NCBI GenBank assembly: GCA_963727485.1
Contig: CAVSGM010000001.1
Span: 32,001 to 96,000 of the forward strand
Length of the DNA stretch: 64,000 nt
Direction: 5' to 3'
Source: an uncultured delta proteobacterium
GTDB lineage: Bacteria > Myxococcota > Myxococcia > SLRQ01
Position numbers and translations under genes: made by a program. A model generated the notes under the pieces. The model was not told the DNA's origin, ran no database searches, and worked only from the letters and a program-made list of their open reading frames with translations. Below are positions 56,401 to 64,000 of this stretch, in pieces (position 1 is the first letter of the stretch; every line of letters starts with the position of its first letter).

Positions 56401-57342
56401 ACGGTGCGGGTCCGCGCCGGCGACGGGACCCTCTGGTCCCGGTGGCGCTCGGCGACGGTGCGCGTCGGGGACCGGCCCCCGACGGCGCCGAAGGTGACGG
56501 TCACCCCGGGGAAGGCGCGCACCACCGACGCCCTGACCTGCAGGGTGGACACCGAGGCGGCGGATCCCGATGGGGACCCGGTGACCACCACCCTGCGGTG
56601 GGAGCGGGGTGGGGCGCCCACGGCCTTCGTCGGCGCCACCCTCCCGGCCTCGGCGACCCGGCGGGGCGACGCCTGGCGCTGCCTGGGGACGGCAAGGGCC
56701 GGGGGCGTCACCGTGGCCGGGACGCCCTCGGCGGCGGTGGCCATCGCCGACGCCCCCCCAGGCGCCCCGAAGGTGGTGATCGAGCCTGCTTCGCCGCGTA
56801 CCGGGACGGCGCTGCGCTGCGCCCTCGCGGCGCCGGCCGCCGACGCCGACGGCGATCCGGTGACCTACACGGTCCGCTGGTGGCAGGACGGCCGCCCGGT
56901 GGCGGGCCTCACCTCCGCCACGGTCCCCGGCGCCCGGGTCCACAAGGGCGATCGCTGGCGTTGCCGCCTCACCCCCAGCGACGGCACCCTGGCCGGCCCC
57001 GGGGGCGAGGCCCGGACCCGGGTCGGCAACACGCCGCCCGGGGCCCCAGGCGCGGTGACCGTGACCCCGGTCCACCCGGCGGCGGGGACCGACCTCAAGT
57101 GCACGGTGACCGCGCCGGCCACCGACGCCGACCGCGATCGCCTCACCTACGGCTACAAGTGGTACCTCGACGGGGCCCTCCAGCCCTTCGCGCCCACCTC
57201 GATCCTGGTCCGGGGGCGTCTGGTGGCGGCGGGGCAGCACTGGCGCTGCGGGGTGGTCGCCGAGGACGGGGCGGCCACCGGGCCCGAGACCCGGAGCGCC
57301 CAGGTCACCGTGAGCGGCTCGAAGGTGGCCGAACGGCCGTGA
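53445..57342 (+). CDS. Exported FG-GAP beta-propeller protein with 9 tandem Ig-like repeats, frameshift near 54405
   Basis: Signal peptide; DLDGDG and PGFPV repeats; about 90-aa repeats with D[P/A]DGD and W..DG. Confidence 0.85.
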
Positions 57343-57383
57343 TCCCGGTCACGCAAGTGTCGGGAATCCTTGTTCCCCCCAGG

Positions 57384-57412
57384 TTGACCCCCCCTATGCG
57401 CACTTCTATACT
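57384..57412 (+). promoter_or_regulatory. Sigma70-type promoter
   Basis: TTGACC (57384-89), 17 nt, TATACT (57407-12). Confidence 0.75.
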
Positions 57413-57466
57413 CCCGAGATGCTGTCGGCCCCGGCTTGGCCCGGGTGCCGGTTCCTGGAGGGGACC

Positions 57467-58066
57467 GTGACCACTCGCATCATCGGCATCGTCCTCGGGA
57501 CGTTCCTGCTCGCCGGACCCCGCTTCGCGGCGGCCCAGGGCACCGGGGGCGCGTCCACCTCCAACCCGGCGCCCCAGGGGTCCATCGCCAACCCCTCCAC
57601 CCAGTCCCGGGACGAGGCCAAGCAGCTGACTCCCCGGCAGATGGTGGACCGGGCCGAGCACTACATCGACGGGATGCGCCAGCGCCTCAAGGAGGTCCTC
57701 AAGATCCTGGCCAGCGCCCGGCAGGAGAAGGACGTGGTCAAGCTCAACTGCGTCAACGAGAAGGTGACGCAGGTCAAGGGCCTGGTGCGGGTGAGCGAGC
57801 AGTCCTCGATCAACCTCCAGGAGGACGTCGCCAAGCAGGAGATGGACGACGCCCGCCACGAGTACCTGAAGATCGCCATCGCCCGGGAGAAGGTGCAGCA
57901 GCTCCGGGCGGAGGCCGAGCAGTGCATCGGCCAGCTCGCCTTCGTGGTCGACCAGAACACGGTGGTGAAGGTCACGGTGCCCGAGAACCTGCCCCAGGAG
58001 GAGCCGCAGGTTCCCCACGTGCCCCCGGTCGTGGTACGTCCGCCGCCGGCGAGCCCGGTGCAGTGA
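57467..58066 (+). CDS. Exported helical hypothetical protein with a Cys pair
   Basis: GGAGG before GTG 57467, signal peptide, KLNCVNEK...AEQCIG. Confidence 0.75.
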   Translation: MTTRIIGIVLGTFLLAGPRFAAAQGTGGASTSNPAPQGSIANPSTQSRDEAKQLTPRQMVDRAEHYIDGMRQRLKEVLKILASARQEKDVVKLNCVNEKVTQVKGLVRVSEQSSINLQEDVAKQEMDDARHEYLKIAIAREKVQQLRAEAEQCIGQLAFVVDQNTVVKVTVPENLPQEEPQVPHVPPVVVRPPPASPVQ

Positions 58067-58230
58067 CCCGTGGCCGGCCCGCCCGGAGGCGGGTCGCTGG
58101 GGACGGACGGCCGACCTCGCTGGAGGCCGTCTCTGGAAGTTGCCTTGACGACAGGGTGAATCGGAGCGAGGGATAGGCCTGAGCGTGGCGCCCGGTCGGG
58201 GGCTGGCAGGCGACGACAACTGGAGGGGAT

Positions 58231-59482
58231 TTGGCCCGGCGTCGGTACAGGCGGTGGAGTGGGATTGGGGTGGCAGCGGCGCTGCTGGTCGCCACCCTTC
58301 CGTTCCCGGCCCGGGCCGGCTCCGGGGACCAGACCAACGGGGTCAAGGTCGGCGCCGGGCGGCTCCATCCGTCCTTCGGCTTCGAGGGGCGCTACGACAG
58401 CCTGGCGGTCGTCAGCAGCACCGGATTCTTCTGGCGACCTCATCCTCCACTTCAAGCCGGGCCTCGACTACGGCCTGTCCTCGGACAGCCTCACCGTCGA
58501 CCTCACCGCCCTCGGCGACTACAACCTCTACACGGGGATCGAGGCCGCCGGGACCCGCAGCCTCTCGTACTTCGGCGGCGACGCGGCCCTGGACGTGGGC
58601 ATCAACCCCAAGGGCCAGGTGGGCTTCGACGTGGGCGACCACTTCGCCTACACCGACCGGGTCACCGCCATCGAGCTCGGGGCCGGGGTCCGGGCCCTCG
58701 ACAACACCGCCAACGTCGCCCTCCCCATCCGCCCGGGCGGCGGGGCGCTCGAGATCAAGCCCGGGTACAGCTTCGCCTTCGAGCGCTTCATCTCCTTCCT
58801 CATCCCCCCCACGGGCGTCACCAGCCCGGACCAGCTCGACTACATCAGCCACCAGCCGAGCCTCCAGGCGAAGTGGAAGTTCCTCCCCAAGACCGCCGTG
58901 GTCCTCGACGTCCACGCCGACCTGCGCCAGTACGCGGTGCCGTCCCTCAACCCGGGGACCAACGCCTTCTACAGCCAGGCCGGCCTCTCGGGGCTCATCA
59001 CCCCCAAGCTCGCCCTGGTGATCACCGGCGGCTACGGGAACAGCTTCATCGACGCCACCAGCGGCCTGGCCAACTACTCGAGCTTCATCGGCCAGGCCGA
59101 GGTGAGCTACCTCCCCTCCCAGACCGGGAGCTTCAAGGTCGGGGTCGCCCGGACCTTCCAGCCGGTGCCCCAGCTCGGGTGGTACGGCGACAACCGCATC
59201 TACCTCGGCGGCCGGTTCCTCCTCGGGGGCCGGGTGATCATCGAGTTCAAGGGCGGCGGCGATTTCGTCACCTACCCCACCGGGCGGTCGGACTTCGTCC
59301 TCACCACCGACGAGGCGGTGACCTTCCAGGTGACCCGCTGGTTCGACATCGCGGTGGGCCACGAGCTCACCTACCGGGCCACGTCCGGGAGCACCGGGGG
59401 CGGCGGCGCCGGCACCGCCTACGACTACACCCGAAACCAGGTCTTCGGTCGGCTCACGGTGAAGTACTGGCCGCCCCGGTGA
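58231..59482 (+). CDS. Outer-membrane beta-barrel, Wzp/EpsX-like polysaccharide export porin, frameshift near 58430
   Basis: Signal peptide, [12 protein letters not shown], many amphipathic strands, WKFLPKTA, terminal [14 protein letters not shown]; next to an OPX gene. Confidence 0.75.
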
Positions 59483-59569
59483 GCGCCGTCCCGGCGCACC
59501 GGGGCCCGCGCGACCCGCGGGGGATCCGGGCGTTGGCCGGGGCCCGAGGCCTCTGGTAGCCTGCCGCCG

Positions 59570-60262
59570 ATGACCTCGACCGCCCGCATCGTCCTCCTCG
59601 CCGGGATCCTCGGCCTCATGCCCACCGGGCACGGGGTCCTGGGGCTGGCGAGCTGTGGCCTCGCCAACAGCCCCCGGGCCCACCGGGACCGGGTCGATCC
59701 CGGGGACGCCGGCGCCGGCGCCCAGGTCCCCGACCTCGGCGCCCCGGCGGACTCCGAGGCGGCGATCCCCCGGGCCACCACCCTGGGGGCCGGCGACGTC
59801 TTCGAGGTCCGGGTCTTCGAGGAGGCCGGCCTCTCGGGGGTGTTCCGGGTCGACGCCGACGGCTCCATCGACTACCCCCTCTGCGGGGCGGTGAAGGTCG
59901 CGGGGCTCGACGCCTCGGGGGCCGCCGCGGCGATCACCCGGTGCCTCAGGGACGGCTACCTCAAGAGTCCCCAGGTCTCGGTCTTCATCAAGGAGTACAA
60001 CTCCAAGAAGATCTTCGTCTTCGGCGACGTGCAGAAGCCCGGCACCTTCACCTACCGGGACGGGATGTCCATCGTCGAGGCCATCACCCGCGCCGGCGGC
60101 TTCACCAAGACCGCCGCCAAGAACGCGGTGATCATCAGCCGGGTCATCGACGGCCGGGAGCAGCGCCTCAAGGTGCCGGTCGAGGACATCGGGGTGGGCC
60201 GGGCGTCGAACTTCGTCCTCAAGCCCGGTGACATCGTCTTCGTCCCCGAGTCGTTCTTCTAG
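59570..60262 (+). CDS. Short OPX (Wza-like) polysaccharide export protein
   Basis: [33 protein letters not shown] (EAITRAGGF), ends [14 protein letters not shown]. Confidence 0.9.
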   Translation: MTSTARIVLLAGILGLMPTGHGVLGLASCGLANSPRAHRDRVDPGDAGAGAQVPDLGAPADSEAAIPRATTLGAGDVFEVRVFEEAGLSGVFRVDADGSIDYPLCGAVKVAGLDASGAAAAITRCLRDGYLKSPQVSVFIKEYNSKKIFVFGDVQKPGTFTYRDGMSIVEAITRAGGFTKTAAKNAVIISRVIDGREQRLKVPVEDIGVGRASNFVLKPGDIVFVPESFF

Positions 60263-61149
60263 AGCCCGGTCGCCGGACGGGTGGCGGCCGCGGCGGCGAG
60301 GAGCAGACGGTCGGGGTCGTAGCCCACGGGGGCGGCGCCGGCCATCCCCGCGGCCACCGCGCCCACCGCCCGGGCGAGACGCGGGAGCGGCGGCGGCCCC
60401 CGGGTCACCACCGCCAGCCGCCGGGTGCCGTGGCGGTAACCCCGGGCGCCGGGGGGCAGGGCGTTCTCCAGGCGGCGCGCCAGGCCCCGGCTCACCCGGA
60501 GCACGTCGAGGAGGGCCAGGTGGAGGGCGCCGCCGTCCCGCTCGGCGACGGCGCAGGCGCGGCGGAGATCGCGGTTCAGGGCGCCCCCGTGGCGCAGGCG
60601 GGTGTCCGGGTCCCGGCCGCCCTGCCACAGGCCCAGGTGGAGACGGGCCCGCTCGAAGGCCAGGCGGGAGCGGGTGCGGAGGAAGAGGCGGAGCACCGTC
60701 TCGCCGAGCTCCAGGGTGCTCCCGTCCCGGGCGACGCCGTGGGCCAGGCGCCGGCCGTCGAGCCAGGTGCCGTTGGTGCTCCCGAAGTCCTGGACCTCGA
60801 CCCGGCCGGCGACGACCGAGAGGCCGCAGTGGACCGCGGAGACCGCCGGGTCGTCGAGGACCAGGGCGAGGCCCGGGCCCCGGCCCACGGTGAGCAGCCG
60901 GGTGCCCACCGGGAGGCAGAGGCCGAGGGGCCCGCCGCACTCCACCAGGACCACCGGCGACGTGGCCGGCGCCGGCTCCCGGACCAGGCGCCGGGTGTCC
61001 CGGGGTGCGGGCGTCGGGCGGGGCTCCGGCACCGGGGGGGCGCCGGGGACCAGTGCCGGAAGCCGGGAGGGTGGGCGCCGGAGCGGACGGGGCAAGGCCG
61101 CCGGGGCGCGGTCGCGCCGGGCGGGGAAGGGCAGGGACTGGGGCTCCAT
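60259..61149 (-). CDS. FHA domain plus degenerate GGDEF-like domain protein
   Basis: VGRG...VSAVHC...DFGSTNGTW (FHA); DPDTRL, LALLDV, RHGTRRL. Confidence 0.72.
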   Translation of the reverse strand: MEPQSLPFPARRDRAPAALPRPLRRPPSRLPALVPGAPPVPEPRPTPAPRDTRRLVREPAPATSPVVLVECGGPLGLCLPVGTRLLTVGRGPGLALVLDDPAVSAVHCGLSVVAGRVEVQDFGSTNGTWLDGRRLAHGVARDGSTLELGETVLRLFLRTRSRLAFERARLHLGLWQGGRDPDTRLRHGGALNRDLRRACAVAERDGGALHLALLDVLRVSRGLARRLENALPPGARGYRHGTRRLAVVTRGPPPLPRLARAVGAVAAGMAGAAPVGYDPDRLLLAAAAATRPATGL

Positions 61150-61227
61150 GGGATCTCCGCGCCGGGGGGGCGGGACGTCCAGGGCTCCGCGGCGCCCCCG
61201 ACCGCGCCGCGGAGCCCCACCCCGGAC

Positions 61228-62404
<1,177 letters not shown>

Positions 62405-64000
62405 CCGCGTGATCTCCTCGCCGGCCTGGCCGGCTGCTGGGGGTGAAGGGGTCGCCGGCCCGGAGCGCGCGCTCCATCTCCCGGTAGGTCAGGCGCCTCG
62501 AGGAGGTCCTCGAGGGCGATCTCCCGGCGGCCGGCGAGGTCGGCGGCGGTGCGCGCCACCCGGAGCACCCGGTCGACGCCCCGGGCCGAGAGGCCCAGGT
62601 GCCTGCGCCCCGGCGTGGAGGCGCGCCCGCAGCGCCCGGGAGAGGCGGCCGTGGCGGCGCAGCTGTGCCGGGCCCATCCAGGCGTTGAGCGGCGGGCCGG
62701 GGCGGCCGGCGAAGCGCCGGCGCTGGATGGCCCGGGCGGCGATCGACCTGGGCCCGGGCCTCGGCGGTGGTGGGTCCCGAGAGGCGGGCCGTCGAGGGCC
62801 TCGAGGGGCACCGGGTCCACGCCCACCTGGAGGTCGATGCGGTCGACCAGGGGCCCGGAGAGCCGCCCCAGGTAGCGCTGGGCCAGGTGCTCGGGGCAGG
62901 TGCAGGGCCGCGGGGCGTCGACCCAGCGGTAGCCGCAGGGGCAGGGGTTCATCGCCGCCACCAGCTGGGCCCGGGCCGGCAGGCGCACCCGGAGGTCGGC
63001 CCGGGAGATGCTCACCTCCCCGCGCTCGAGCGGCTGGCGGAGGGCGTCGAGGGTGGGGCGGGGGATCTCCGCGGCCTCGTCGAGGAAGAGGACGCCGTGG
63101 TGGGCCAGGGACAGCTCCCCCACCCGGACCACCGAGGCCCCGCCGCCCACCAGCGCCGCCTGGCTCGCGGTGTGGTGGGGCGCCCGGAAGGGCCGGCGCC
63201 GGACCCGCGCCGTCTCCCCGAGGAGCCCGGCCGCCGAGTAGATCGCGGTGACCTCCAGGGCCTCGTCGGGGGTGAGCGGGGGCAAAAGGCCCGGGAGGCG
63301 CCGGGCGAGCATGGTCTTCCCGGTGCCCGGGGGCCCGAGGAGGAGCAGGTGGTGGCCCCCGGCGGCGGCGAGGACCAGGGCCCGCCGGGCGAGGGCCTGG
63401 CCCCTCACGTCGGCGAGGTCGAGGCCGCCGTCCACCGCCTCGTCCTCCGACGGGGGTGGGGCCGAGGGCGCCAGGGGCGCGGCCCCGGTGAGGTGGGCGA
63501 TGACCGTCGCCCAGGCCCTCGGCGCCGAAGACCTCGAGCCCCTCGATGCACGCCGCCTCCCGGGCGTTGGCCACGGGGACCACCAGGCCCCGGAGCCCCT
63601 CGGCCCGGGCGAGGCGGGCCAGGGCGAGGGCCCCGCGGATGGGCCGGAGCGACCCGTCGAGGGCGAGCTCCCCGGCGAAGGCGAGGCCCCGGACCGAGCG
63701 CTCGGGGACCGTCCCGGCGGCGGCCAGCAGGCCCACGGCGATGGGCAGGTCGTAGGCGGCGCCGGTCTTCCGCCGCCCCGAGGGCGCCAGCGAGATGGTC
63801 ACCCGCTTGGAGGGCATCTCCAGGCCCAGGGCCTTGAGGGCGTTCTCCACCCGCATCCGCGCCTCGCGGACCGCGCCGTCGGGGAGCCCGATGATGAACA
63901 CGTTGGGCAGCCCGCGGACGAGGCTGACCTCGACGTCGACGCGGTAGGCTTCGACCCCGAGGAGGGCACCGGTGGCGATGGAGGCGACCATGGGGCCGGC

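Overview
Very GC-rich core chromosomal segment, most likely from a Myxococcota (deltaproteobacterial) genome, judged from mglBA, Agl/Glt-like genes and MJ0042-type zinc-ribbon proteins. In order it holds: a partial beta-propeller gene; a membrane class III adenylate cyclase; a partial complex I operon (nuoEF-JKLMN, no nuoGHI); a minus-strand operon of selB, a His-less pseudo-histidine kinase, a histidine kinase and a sigma54 response regulator; two zinc-ribbon/TM/TPR proteins with long tandem repeats; a five-gene glyco/lipid modification cassette; an ECF sigma/anti-sigma/Spy-like triad; serS with four tRNA-Ser, tRNA-Arg(ACG), tadA and SRP RNA; dnaX-ybaB-recR-mglB-mglA; a contiguous Agl-Glt-like motor cluster (TPR proteins, GltF-like, ExbB/ExbD/ExbD, TonB_C protein) followed by a cNMP-binding protein, an FG-GAP/Ig-repeat adhesin candidate and a beta-barrel/OPX export pair; and finally an FHA-degenerate GGDEF gene, recA and comM. 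About 20 single-base frameshifts, some in housekeeping genes, point to uncorrected read errors rather than pseudogenes. No CRISPR array, prophage or transposase was seen. All family calls are from motif recognition by eye; no database search was run.
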